Shown: positions 25,100 to 37,172 of the stretch, piece after piece
How the letters are laid out: the number at the start of each line of letters is the position of its first letter
How positions within the stretch are numbered: position 1 is the first letter of the stretch
Source of the DNA: Microthyrium microscopicum
Lineage: Eukaryota
DNA: 64,000 nucleotides
Direction: 5' to 3'
NCBI GenBank assembly: GCA_010405405.1
Contig: MU004238.1
Coordinates: 11,530-75,529 of the forward strand
Position numbers and translations under genes: made by a program
The notes under the pieces: generated by a model
The model's database searches: none
What the model saw: the letters and a program-made list of their open reading frames with translations, nothing else
What the model was told of the DNA's origin: nothing

Positions 25100-26975
25100 A
25101 TAGATTACAACTTTGTAAGATTGGTCGCATGTGAAAGAATACGAAGGGGAACTGCCAGTCTAAGCCTGCAAAGTAACTTACATCCAATTATCTGGATCAA
25201 GAGCCAAGCCACATAGGTCATCTTTTTCTTCCAGGAGTTCATACAATTCCATAGTGACGGGGCCGTTCTGGGGAGCATGTGTCGGGCAGACCAAGATGTT
25301 TCGAATATAGCTGTTCTCAATGACTCATGCTCTGTCACTTCTTCTGGTGGGCACTTATTGCGGCGTACATTTCTCCAAATATCTTGGGAGTAGCCTTCGG
25401 CGCCGTCAGCTTTTCCATAACCTCATCAATCTTCGTCCGATGGTACTTGTTTCGCCGATCGGCGCTGAGGTCCTTGAGCTCCTCCTCCCAAGCCTGCAAT
25501 GGGACAGTATAAAGATACCAGACGTCGTAAAGGCATATAACACTGGTCTTCTTACTTGTTTTTCTTTTCTCATCGTCTCCACCCGCGGCTCAAGATAAGC
25601 AACCTCAATTTTTGGACTTCTCAATGTTGTGGCCAATGACCATGACCCAGCTGTTGGTGTATCGCGTATCTCTCGAAGGACCAAATTGATGTGAATAGAA
25701 TGCCTTGGCCGAGTTCAGGCCGAAGCCGCTGGAAAAGGAAGAGTCAGATAGTCGAGTGAATATGGTTTCGGCAATGGACGCCATTGCGTAATGTGGCACT
25801 AGACAAATGGGGGTTGCGTGCTGTTGATATTTTCCCTCGTTAACCACATTCAATCCTGCTTCAACCAGGCTGAGAAGCCAATTGGAAGAGCGATGTTCTT
25901 TGTGCTGTTCCTAGCACCGAGCAGGGAAGTTGTCGGCGATTCTGACGTGATGCAGTGGTACAGGTAAGGGAAGATCATAATCCTCATGTGGGATATCCTC
26001 TATTACGCTGTCCAACTTGTCGAGAAATGCTTTCTGCACTTTGTAAGCATTACATTCATTCCATGCCAACTGCATGCCACTGCACGAGGATCTTATCAAT
26101 TTAGCCATGCGAACATTGCCGGCTCTCATATCTTTTAGGCATTTCGTGCCGAGATACTTTCTCTCCCCAAAGAAAAAAGCGGTGAAAGGTGGTCGTGGGG
26201 TTTTGAAGATGTCGATGTTTTTTACTTCGTCAGTGGGAGTTGCGGTCTTGGACATGTATAGCCGGAACAAGTCAATCAGGTCGCGATACACACGCTTTGA
26301 GGGTGCAAGTCGGTTCTCGTACAAGATATATGGCGTAGATGCAACCAGATTGCTTTGGGCTGTACACTTGGGTTCGTATTACCCGAGTGTGAGTGTTGAC
26401 AGTTTTGATATGCTTTTCAGCCCAGGGAAGATCACCGCCGATGAGATGGTTGAGAAAATCGGGGCATATGCTGCTGATGATGGCGTGTCCACGCCAAGTT
26501 TGGGCTTCGACGCTGCTCCTCAACTTCCTAGCGTCAAGGCCTTCCTCTTCCCAACACAAGTAGACGCGTTCGATGTTGGTCAACGACGCGAATTTATAGC
26601 AATTTGGGTCCTGGATTCGTGCGTAGGTCGGAGATTCCTGTACGGGGACGTACTCGAACAGTTCGCCTTTGAGGTCTTCAGGAAGCTCCGTGAGCTCGGT
26701 GGTGTCATCGCCTTGTTCTACATCATCTTCATCGTGATAATCATCGTCGGTTTTGTCGGTCGCTCCATAGCCTTGTATCTGCAAGGCAGTCGCCGACTAG
26801 GAAACATTTGTCTTCTCTATATGGGAAGGAATTCGAAAAAAATGTCCAAACCTTTGGGCCGTATGCAAGCCAGAGATGGTGCGATCAATGAGACTCTGGA
26901 ATTTCTTAGAGCTAATCGATCCATGCAGGAGCTCTCTGTTTGCGAGGAAGACGACTGGAAGGTCAAGCGAGAATA
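25100..26975 (-). pseudogene. Decayed hypothetical protein gene (acidic tract followed by a possible F-box-like LPEDLKGELFEY motif)
   Basis: Protein-like minus-strand ORFs 26272-26784, 25911-26324 and 25605-25853 are linked by a frameshift and in-frame stops. Boundaries are approximate. Confidence 0.5.
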
Positions 26976-27272
26976 GTCGTTACGGTAGGGCTTTGCTATC
27001 CCGTAGGATGTGATTAGCAAAATATAATTGGCCAGGGGATTCCCGAAGAGGTTTAGACAGCCTGCAAGATGAGGATTTGAATTTTCTGCTGGTACTACCT
27101 GTTGTAGTCGGCCCCTAGACAACACCTCCTGTATACCCCTTTACTCTAATCCTTAATCTACCTCGTTTTAACTTTTACTCTGGCGTAACCGCTAGGAAGG
27201 CAGTCAAAAGTTTACCTCGCAAGTCTAGTTATAAGGTACTTTCTACCCTACTTCTGAAGAGATAAACTCAAC

Positions 27273-28804
27273 ATGGCAACGTTCTCCCATCTCCCGCTTG
27301 AGATTGTACAGGACATTTTAGTTTACGCAGTGGCTTCTAGAGGCCTACAGCGTGGCCTTCGGCTACAGTTAGTCTGCAGTGAGTATTTCTTCATCTGGCT
27401 TTTGTTGAGGCTAATCTCTCAGAGCTGTTTTCTAGTCAGGTCGATGCGGCAATCCTACGAAGCGGGTTACTTGAGGAAGAATGTTGCTACCGCTTCATTA
27501 GCAATACCTGGCATGTGTTCTCGCCATTTTATGATCGGTTCCACGCCAAGTTCTGTTTTCAAATTGCGACCCAGGAGCCAAACTGCTCGCAAATGTTCCA
27601 AACGATTAACGAAATTGCCCAAATCCTTGTAGCCAGAGTTGACAAGACCAATCAAATCAGAAGCCGAGATGACTATATCAGAATACTTTGCGAGCTTGCT
27701 GAAGGCCCTCGCCCGTATCGACCAACTTGTCCGCGTAGAGTTCGAGATTCAGGTAATAATGAAAAGCCGGACCAAGAGAACGATCTATTCATCGCCGCAA
27801 TTCGGCTTGACCTTGTAGACATCGTTCATGAGTTGGTTGATATTGTGCTGGGAAAATTGAAAGATGTCAACCCGACAGACCAGAGGTCTGTTTTTGGATG
27901 CCCCTTTCATGTGGCAGCGAAGCATGACCGTCACGGTATTTTGAAACTTCTCTTCGAAAGATCAAGAGAACTCTTTACCACCCAATCTACTCAGTGGCGC
28001 TGGATTGTTGAAACGAAAAATAGCATTTTGGAGCCAGCCGCGCGATCCGGTCATTGGGAAACCATGAAATATCTGTTCGAGGATACCTCAATTCCAATTC
28101 AACATTACATGCATTCTCCGGCTTTGTCCCCGCAGTACGCGGCATATGAGAAAAGAAAACTTAGGCCGATGAAGTTTGACTATGCCTTGTTTACCCTAGA
28201 TCAATCTCTGTTTACAAAGGTCGTAGAATTTCGCCAAACAACACCATGGAGCGGACCGATACCACCTTTTGTTATTTACCACGTTGCAATAATCTACATT
28301 CAACAGGGTGGAATGGACCGGCTACAATGGCTGTTCGAAAATCATTGGACTACAAATCGTGAGCAGTTCTTTTTCAATATACTGGTTCGCCGCGCCGCCA
28401 GACATGGAAACACTCTTGCCATTCCTTATTTGTATGAGATGTTTGGAAAACAACAATGCAACGTCCCTGGAGCGTTGCAGCTGGCCGCTAGAAAGGGACA
28501 TATTAGGGCTGTGCAAGCGTTATTGGAGAATGGGTGCAATGTGAACGATGACTGGAGTGATTACTATCCTCCGGCTTTTATATCGGCGCTCGTCGCCGAG
28601 CACCCAGAGATGATCCGCCTTCTTCAAAATCATGGCGCTGCCCTCGATAGTTCGGACTTGGTCGAGAAAGCTGTCAAAACACTGAAAGTTAAGGGCTTGG
28701 ACTCAATGCTGCGGCTGCTTTCCAAGGATGGCGTGATAGTAGACGAATTAGTGCTTCAGACCGAACCCGATGAAGTATGCGCGTTTTGTTCTATTGAGAA
28801 GTGA
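27273..28804 (+). CDS. Ankyrin-repeat protein with an F-box-like N-terminus
   Basis: Exon 1 MATFSHLPLEIVQDIL...RLQLVC. Intron 27379-27422 (gtgagt..ctaat..cag) restores the frame. Ankyrin motifs PFHVAAKHD, EPAARSGH, AARHGN, ALQLAARKGHIRAVQALLENGCNVN. Confidence 0.88.
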
Positions 28805-28996
28805 GGAAGCGCGCGGCAAATAACGATCAAGCAAAAAAGTAATGTTACTACAATTTAAAATCTATATACAGAACTATGTTACAGCTGTCTCTACCCACTC
28901 CAACACTGAATAAACCTCGTTAAGTATAAGTCCCGCGCTTTGAATTGCCTACCAGTATGGACCTCAGCTTCCGGAAAGATCTTGACCCAAGGTCGA

Positions 28997-30206
28997 TTAT
29001 GCCTTATTCAAGTGAGGCCAAACATCCGAGGTGACATATTCTTTTGTTGGTATTGGGTATGATGAGGCATCTGTCAGCCACCTCTTAATCAGCTGCTTTG
29101 GAAGTCCTCGGACGACCTGCTTGTCCAAGTCAAAGCATCGGCCACTCTTCTCGTCCTCGCAGAATGGCCACCATTTTCCTGTCTCCATGTCACAGAAGGT
29201 CCTTTCGGCCATTGAAACGAAGTCTGGCCCAATAGAGTTTGGATGGTCACATACTTCTTTCGCGCTGTGTCCTGACCATTCGCTAATAACAAGATGACCT
29301 GGGCGGTTGTTTTTGAGGCCGGAGACGCGGGTTCTGTTCCCGCTCCTTGGCTCGACACGGAGTTGTCTCTTCCTCTTTGTGGTTGGGGCGCCATCTGGGT
29401 ATCCAGCGCGCTTGCGGTCGATTCCTTGGTCTGGGTTCTTCAATCCACCGCCGGATGCACCCGGGGTATCGTCCTTATGTGTATAACCATCCTGTAGTGA
29501 GGGAGTAAAGAATTTAGGGATTGTGTCAGGAGTTGTATTGTCCTGAAAAGTCATTCGAGCAGTATTCTTGCATAGTCGATCCGACTTTTCGTTATACTGG
29601 TCAAGAAGATCTTGATCTGTAGAGAAGTCCCGCATATGAAGACTAATACCATTTGCAATAACCCCATTGCTATGATCTTTGTCCATGACAAAGCATCTAG
29701 GATTATTGTTCGATGATCCAACAGCTTGCTATAATGATTTATTAGCATAATCCAGCAGCTTTTGGGGTATGACTAACGGTTGAAGGGTACCACTGTCCCC
29801 CACATCCAACCGCGATGTCTCCAGTCCACCCCCAGGAGACACCATTTGAGCTAGCAAAAATACCAGACACGCATATTCCGTCATTTTCCTGCATGGCCAT
29901 ATGAAGATAAGCAGGCACCGATTGCTTTTTACCATTTTGATCATGGTCAATAGTGATATATTGAGCGCCATCACCCCAGTGGCCATTTCTACTGCCTTTG
30001 TATTGTCCAATACGGCCACCACCCTCTTCGAACAAGGCGATATGTGCTACGCTTCCATCTGAAGCTGGCGCGTTTCCAATGACAACGGTGACTGAAGTTT
30101 GCTGATTTTCGTTATAATTGGTCTTGAGAATGGAGCCTAGCGATGCAAAGGTTACTCCAACATTGAATAGGTTTGCTGCAACGTCAAATGCCATCACACC
30201 AGCCAT
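28997..30206 (-). CDS. Uncharacterised Cys/Trp-rich fungal protein, 2 exons
   Basis: ATG 30206. Intron 29729-29777 (gttagt..gctaat..tag) gives the continuous WYPST-QAVGSSNNNPRCFVMDKDHSNG. C-terminal CDHPNSIGPDFVS..ERTFCDM....WWPFC.....CFD. Internal KRKR and KR sites. Confidence 0.82.
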
Positions 30207-31448
30207 ATTAACTGAGAGGGTAGACAATGAGAAGAAGCGCTCAAAGATGGAGTTGAAATTGATAAAAGTAAGCAAATAGAAGATTGAGAGATCTAATAGA
30301 TAAAAGAGGAGCTATTGAGGAGTAGTATAAATTGGATGAATGAAACCTTTTGGAAGCTGCTCTTGCTCAGGTAAAGTACACTTCTGTAGAAACTCTCCAA
30401 CAGTGAGCCGATCTTGCTTTGGAGTCAGATGAAATGCTTGGCCCACCAAATCCTGCCTAAGGGGTATTGTTCTCGAAAAGGATTGTTGGTGGGACGGAAC
30501 CAACAGAGCCACCATCTTAACAACGCCATGACAAACATCGGTCCAACAAACAAGAGCACGAACTCCATACTATCTCAACTGACCAGTGATTTGATTCAAG
30601 ACCAACGCGTAAGCTCGAAGGCCAGAGGTGGTCTCTGTTGAGCATGAAAGGGCGTGTGCGAGGAGGCTGTTCGGTTGGATCAAGATCCTGAAATAGCTTT
30701 AGTTCTAGCCGCACTAATTCGAAGTGGAGAATATACACGGGGTATAGTCAGGTACTATGAGGCTACAGTTGCAGTTGGTAAATTGGTTGGTGGCAGTAAT
30801 ATTGTCCAATCAGCGCTTCTTGCCCCTAGCATTAAGGCTGAGCGTAGACCAAATCAACGCTAAGAGGACGACATCAGATCAACGGCTCGGGCCGGTCCAG
30901 AACAAACATCATAATGAGATTTGCGAATATTCCATTATTGAAATGGAATTCCCAGCTGCCCAGCTGGGCGCTTAGCGCTCATCAAGCTCGGGACCTTTCC
31001 CAGACTTCTAACTAAAGAAGCTGTCAAGCATCGTAGCCGACTGGTCACAAGTTATTAGGTACAAGCCCCATAGCCTGGCACCAATCAACTCCAACTCTGT
31101 AGAATCGAGCTTAAATCCTTCACCCATTACAATCATCAAGCCCTTCTTGTTGAGTTACTACTAGGAGGATTATGGTTAACGCACGGCGTCTTGTCATGTC
31201 CACCCGCTCCTTTATGACATATCAGTCATCCCCAGTATTCAACTATGCCGCCACTCTATACTTGTACTACCTCGAAACCTGCATAGAAGACGTAGTCGAA
31301 AAGACCTGCCTGTATCAAGCGCCCAAGATGGTATAATCCTAACATCATCGCTGATCCCTGAACAAGTTAGCTGTGGGTGTAAATTTCGAAACCGAGAATC
31401 CCATCTGTTCGTTATTCCTAGCTTCTGTCTCATTAGGCACTTCAAAGG

Positions 31449-31625
31449 TCCAACATCCAACATCCAACATCCAACATCCAACATCCAACATCCAACATCC
31501 AACATCCAACATCCAACATCCAACATCCAACATCCAACATCCAACATCCAACATCCAACATCCAACATCAAACATCAAACATCCAATAACCAACATCCAA
31601 TATCTAAAGTCTAGCATCCAACATC
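31449..31625. repeat. Heptanucleotide microsatellite (TCCAACA)n, about 17 perfect units then degenerate
   Basis: Directly visible. It generates the spurious MLDVGCW and NIQHPTS repeat ORFs. Confidence 0.97.
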
Positions 31626-32002
31626 TAGCGCCCAAAACGAACTTTGACCTTCTCTGTTGGTTGAATCTTGAAGTAACGACCGTTTCGATATACGACGTAC
31701 TGGACCAATGAACTTGACTCTCACATAGAGTGGCTTGGAATTCTGGTGTGGAACGCACAAATTCGTTGTAGAATCCTATTCTTTGGAATTAGAGATCTAC
31801 TAATCACGAAGCTGAATATTGATGGTAGATAACTATATATACTCACCGTACTCCAGTCCATATCTCCTTTATCACTCAACACATCACAGTTCACTTAGTG
31901 AGCTTCTGTTCCATCGCTTCTACTTTGCGCACATCAAGACCACTTCTGCTTTCTTCTTTTAATTCTCTTGTCCACCACTTAATAGACAATTTCATTAGCA
32001 TT

Positions 32003-33489
32003 ATGAAACATCTCAGCGTAGGTGGCTGCGTAGTCATTCTCCTGTCCTTGGGCCTAACATGGGCGGTCCCATGTGAGTATCTAAAGTTATCCATATCAAA
32101 CTCGTCATCTAAATATCACTCATGTAGTATCCAAACCAGCAGATGAACCTCTCGAAAACGGGAGAGTGGTTGCATCTCCGAGAATCGCTAGATTTTCTGT
32201 ACTTGATTTTCACAAAAGAAGCGCCTTTCCAGCTATTCCAATTCCAAAACTTCCTAAGCCTGATGTCCCCGAGGTCCCTGTCGCTCCAGCTCCTAGGCCA
32301 GTAGAACCACCCGCTGCGCCAGCTCCTAAGCCAGCAGAGCCACCAGTTGCTCCAAAACCAGCGCAGGTCCCACCGGCCGCAGGAAAGCCAGTCACTCCCT
32401 CGCCGAAAGACTCTTCGGAGCCGGATAACGGCGGACCCGCACCAGGAGAAGGCCCCGAGACTCTGTGCAAGCGCAGTGGAGGAGGACCTTGCGATGTGGA
32501 CGATCCCAATGTTGTGACGGGCCTTTTCAATAAAGGCCGACAGACTCAGAAAAATTTGGACAATGCACTTGCTGGCAACAAAATTGTCGGCGCAGATCGG
32601 GATGCGGTTATACAAGCCGATAACATGGTCGACGATTCCCACATCGAGGACAGATATGTAGTGGACATTGGCGCCCCTTATGACGCTCAAGCGGTGAAGG
32701 AAATGCCTGGTCCTGTCTCAAGTGCTCCCTATATCGAGAGATTCGGTATTTCTGCCGATACCAAAAATGGAAGATGGACATGTACAAAAATCAGGAGCAA
32801 GAAACAAGACCTCGTGCCAGGAGCCGACGCAGAAGAATTAGGTGACATCATGACCACATACGAAGACGCTCGGTCGGGTGTCATGGTTATCAAGCAAACG
32901 TGGTCCCAGGAAGACCAACTGGCTGTCGGCGCTGCTAATCGTAAACCCCCAATTACCATGAAGGACCCTCCTGCGCTACGACCTTTCTCTCCCCTTACGG
33001 CCATGCTCAAACATTCCTGGAATAAGGCGACCGAAACAGCTGGCGCCGATGCCAAACCTTTGGAATATATATTTCAGGATAAGATTGTTCCAGCTACCAA
33101 GAATGGTGAAAATCAAGACAAGTATCCAGATACAAGAAACCTCATGGACCAAGCAGCCACAGATATGGGTGGTTGGGACCATTGGCAAGGAATGGTGGAA
33201 GTGCGTCGACTCAGTGGAGATACTATGGAAACCCACGCATATTCCGTACTCTCAGGTTCCATTCATGTCGACAGAGTGCTCAAATTTCTGAGAGATTATG
33301 TAAGTCTACCTGATGCTCCCCTACTGCCTTATGGAATGTCACTAAAATATGGGATCTAATCAGCGCGACGACCTTGGGAATATAAACGTCGATTACTTGG
33401 TTCTGATCAAGAATGGAGACGAGTACGATTTAGGCATTGTGATGACAAAACCCACTACTAGTATCCCAGGTTCGCCAATGTATGACTAG
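32003..33489 (+). CDS. Secreted, proline-rich, probably Kex2-processed protein of unknown function (effector-like), 3 exons
   Basis: Signal-peptide-like MKHLSVGGCVVILLSLGLTWAVP. Introns 32073-32127 and 33300-33363 restore the frame, stop TAG 33487. Dibasic sites HKR|S and LCKR|S flank a Pro/Ala-rich tract. Confidence 0.82.
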
Positions 33490-33974
33490 AGCATTTAGCT
33501 ATATTCTCTGATGCGTAAGACCGGACCAGACATGGATCTTGGAGGAACAACGTGGACAACGCTGCTGAGAGTTCATTTTCATTAATTTCTTAAATTTCTT
33601 GGCTGACTACCACCGTTACTTGCTTTAATTACGGGTTTAATGCAGTTTCTTTACTTTGATGGTGTCACTCTATCCATTTATACCGCAGTCCAACACATAC
33701 TCCATTAGTTGAAGCACGATTATGATGTCAAGGTCATTTCCGCCCGCTGAAGTACTCAGTTCCTTGATTGGTATTATACGATGTCACGCAAAATTTTCTC
33801 AGAGACACCCGGTTGGTATATAGATGGGAAGGAAAATCGAGATAAAAGTTCAGCTGATAACAATAGACCTAAGTGGGTGCCACATCTTATGGCTATCGTT
33901 CTTTCGTATGTACATATTTTCGACCCAGTTGTATCCGATCCGTCACACAACTTTGCCGCACGGCTTTTCCAAAA

Positions 33975-35135
33975 CTAGACTTTCGTCGCCGGGCCAATAC
34001 CGGTCCTCCAGCCAACCTTCATCAAAGTCTCACATTCCAGGTCCGTAGAGTTGCGAATCAAATCCTCGTCAAGCACAATTTCACCAGGTGGATACAAAAC
34101 AATGACAGTGCTACCGCCGTAATAGAACGCACCAAGACACTGGCCTCGCTGCACATTTGCGCCGGGCTGGTCAAGGCCTTCATTATATTTGATCGAACCA
34201 ACAAGCATGGCGCCAACAGCAACGACAGCAATGGGCGCATTGGTCTCTGTTCGTTGAAGAAGCATGACACTTCGCTTGTTCTCACAAAAGACGTCAAGAG
34301 TACCTGGTTCTTTGATGGCTTGGGGATTAACAGTGTAATAAGCGCCCGGAATTTCTATGACGCTGACGACTGTGCCATCAACAGGTGCGTGCCATCGATG
34401 ATAGTCTTGTGGTGCCAATCTTGCAATTACGATAGAGCCACCGTCAAATTTCTTGGCGAGTTCCACGTCGCTACCTAAGAGACGCTCAATTGTAAAGCCG
34501 AAGCCCTTGATCCAGTATTTTGTTGCCAGATCAATGGTTGGATATGCGGTGAGTCGGCAATCCGCCGGGCTTGAAGTGACCAGTGTATTTTCTGGTTCAG
34601 CAACTGGCCGCGCTCCTTCACTCAATTCTCGGCCAAAGAACTCATTGAAGCATGAGTAATCCTCAATGTTCGGCTTCTTCAATTCTCCCAAGCTATCTTC
34701 AAGATTGAAAGTCTGTATGAATGGTGCAATATGCGCTTTACTCTCGGGCGCATCATACTCCTTTCCCATCTTCACACTCTGGGCCTCCAATAGTTCAAGG
34801 GTTTTCTTCCAATGCAATGTCTTCTCTTGAGCACTGCCGTAATAAAGCAAATGCATACCCAAGCGAACGTAGAAGCTCATTTCTTCGAAGGTTTTCTCGC
34901 CCGTGGTACGGTCGATGACGTAGTTGCCCATATTCCAGCTGGCTTCGACACTGTCAAGATACGACTGGGGAAAAACCTTTCTGAGCCAGCCATGAGCCTC
35001 TTCATGTTTCGATTGGAGATGCAAGGTGCGCGAAGGAGATACAGTATGATCTTTGGATGCGGCGGTCGTGGTGTCGTCCAGGGCCTGCGATATCCCGACA
35101 AAGTGATCTTGTGTGAGGTGCGATGTGTCCGTCAT
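33975..35135 (-). CDS. Phosphatidylserine decarboxylase proenzyme (short Psd2-like type without C2 domains)
   Basis: FNEFFGR, SPADCR, RLAPQDYHRWHAPVDG, YYTVNP, VGAMLVGSI, and the GAFYYGGST self-cleavage motif. First ATG at 35135. Confidence 0.93.
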   Translation of the reverse strand: MTDTSHLTQDHFVGISQALDDTTTAASKDHTVSPSRTLHLQSKHEEAHGWLRKVFPQSYLDSVEASWNMGNYVIDRTTGEKTFEEMSFYVRLGMHLLYYGSAQEKTLHWKKTLELLEAQSVKMGKEYDAPESKAHIAPFIQTFNLEDSLGELKKPNIEDYSCFNEFFGRELSEGARPVAEPENTLVTSSPADCRLTAYPTIDLATKYWIKGFGFTIERLLGSDVELAKKFDGGSIVIARLAPQDYHRWHAPVDGTVVSVIEIPGAYYTVNPQAIKEPGTLDVFCENKRSVMLLQRTETNAPIAVVAVGAMLVGSIKYNEGLDQPGANVQRGQCLGAFYYGGSTVIVLYPPGEIVLDEDLIRNSTDLECETLMKVGWRTGIGPATKV

Positions 35136-36082
35136 TTTGGTGATTCTGGTCTTGGCTTGAGATGGTATCTCGTACTTGGCGGTAACAATGAGGAGGTGAA
35201 GTTGAGTCTCTGCCACTAAGGTCTTCCGCTGCTAATCCCAATGTGGGCTAGTGTGGCAGTATCGAAATGGCTCAACGCTAAAGGCATCACCGGTCCCCGA
35301 CTTGAACAGAAATCCTCGCACGTCACACATACACTCAGCTTTGGATTGTACGCATGATTTCCATTGATTGCACTGGTTGGCATGAGTATTCTCGAGACAT
35401 TGTACCTCCTGCATAGAGACCTGATAGAGCGTAGCAATGGCTCGGGATTCCATTTCAGGTACAGACATGCAAGCGGAGAATTCTTTTGAGTCCGATCGTG
35501 CTTCAGACAAGTGATCTTTGCAAGTAAAAGGTAGAGCTATCTTTTGGGTTATCGGCGGAGAATTCAATTGACGACCATACCCGAGTTTCTGCCAATTGTC
35601 AGCCTTGCCATCTTACTACGTTTCGATATACTGACTTCAACTTGTAGAAATACCTAACAGTAAGCTCGACCTTGGCTCATAGCAACCTCCACCCTGGCTT
35701 GAAGCCTAGAATTGACAATCAAAGCAATACGTTGTTGTTGAGTTCTGCTCAGTCTTGGTTACGATGACTCGTGACCAGCCGTTGGTCAAGTGAGCCATGG
35801 CTGCTGTGCTCCAGTGTTTGGACTTTAACGCTGGGAAGCCCTGTTTTGAGCCCAAGGATTTTGAAGCGGCTCCTCTCAGCAGAAAATGAAGTTTGAGTGT
35901 TAATATACATGGCCTGTGGGCCTGTCTCGAGGGATTCGGGAAGGATCCGAGGTGGGGTTTGGCCCGAGATGGCGTAACCTGGACTTCAGTCCACATCAAG
36001 ATGACTACTACGGCCTGTTAGTACTTGAAAGCCGAGCCACTATTCAATTCCTTACATTAACGTTTTCAACCCATTCTTTACC

Positions 36083-36796
36083 ATGTCTCTTGAAGAAGAA
36101 TTACAAAGAATCGAGGATGAAATGCTTCCTGAGCACCGCAAATGGGGCTACATAATTTATCGCACCACATACGCCGACGAAGAGCAATGGAACCACTGCA
36201 TCGAATTCTTCCAAGAACTAGTGCGGAAAATCACTCGCAAGTACACCGGTGGGCCCGAACATGCCTCTAAGTACCTTGATTTCCCCGTTCGCGACGACTA
36301 CGAAGCTTTCGACAACGCAACCACTGCGCAACTCCGTGCCCATTTCAAACAGTGGCGCCGGTCCAACGAAGCCTTGAATGAGCAAGGAATGCATCCAAAT
36401 CAGCGCCGCCTACTTTGGGAATCAATGAGGTACCGTGGTTTTGTTCGCATCAATGCAGAAGCTATGCAGAGTATTCTTGAAGTTGCCTCAGGACGTCTTA
36501 CGTCCTCGTCAGCCTGGGTTGATGTGGTGCAGGTGGACTGGCCAGAAAATGACCCCGATGAGGAAAGTGAGGACGACGAATACGACGAGGACGAGGAAAA
36601 TGAAGTCGAGGACCAAAACATGCCTGACATTAATAAGCTTGTCGGCGAATGGCCATCAATCGAAGGGGTCACAGCATTCAACGTCGGCTTCCAACGCGTT
36701 TCTGTCGATGACCTGTATCCGAGTTTCTGGACAGAAAAAGATGTCATTTCTGACGTGTTGTATGTTCGGCCGCCTCGACGGACATATGACATGTAA
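36083..36796 (+). CDS. Hypothetical fungal protein (KWGYIIYRTTY motif, acidic tract)
   Basis: Intact 237-aa ATG ORF. The WG..IYRTTY....W pattern is one I associate with uncharacterised ascomycete proteins. Confidence 0.8.
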   Translation: MSLEEELQRIEDEMLPEHRKWGYIIYRTTYADEEQWNHCIEFFQELVRKITRKYTGGPEHASKYLDFPVRDDYEAFDNATTAQLRAHFKQWRRSNEALNEQGMHPNQRRLLWESMRYRGFVRINAEAMQSILEVASGRLTSSSAWVDVVQVDWPENDPDEESEDDEYDEDEENEVEDQNMPDINKLVGEWPSIEGVTAFNVGFQRVSVDDLYPSFWTEKDVISDVLYVRPPRRTYDM

Positions 36797-37172
36797 GCAC
36801 ACGTGCCTAATCGATTTAGTAGGCGATGCATAAATTGTAAACCTGTCAGAGCAAGTTACGCGCAGTGCAGGTACTAGGGTAGTTGAATCGACACTGTCCG
36901 TTCCTATATCTAGGTATCATGGCTCGCTGAAAAGTTATACGCACCACGCAATAAGTCTAACAATCGAATCAATTTTTACTCTGTCTTTTGTTTTGCTAAA
37001 CACACGCCAAGCATACATTGAGTGAAGAGTCAGTTCTTATCAAAGCTCAATGAGGACAAGTCCTATGTTTTGTTCTTCGTCGGTGCTTCAAAACAAGCAG
37101 ACTAGACAAGACTACTCATTTTGGGCCATTTCTCGAAAGAACCTATGCGTCGCATAACAATCGGTCACTCGC

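Noticed and set aside
26074..26976. 300-aa plus-strand ORF
   Set aside because: Most likely the antisense shadow of the minus-strand relic; its hydrophobic stretch mirrors the acidic tract on the other strand.
31239..31758. MLDVGCW / NIQHPTS repeat proteins; interstitial telomere
   Set aside because: These are translations of the heptamer microsatellite, and the unit is not TTAGGG.
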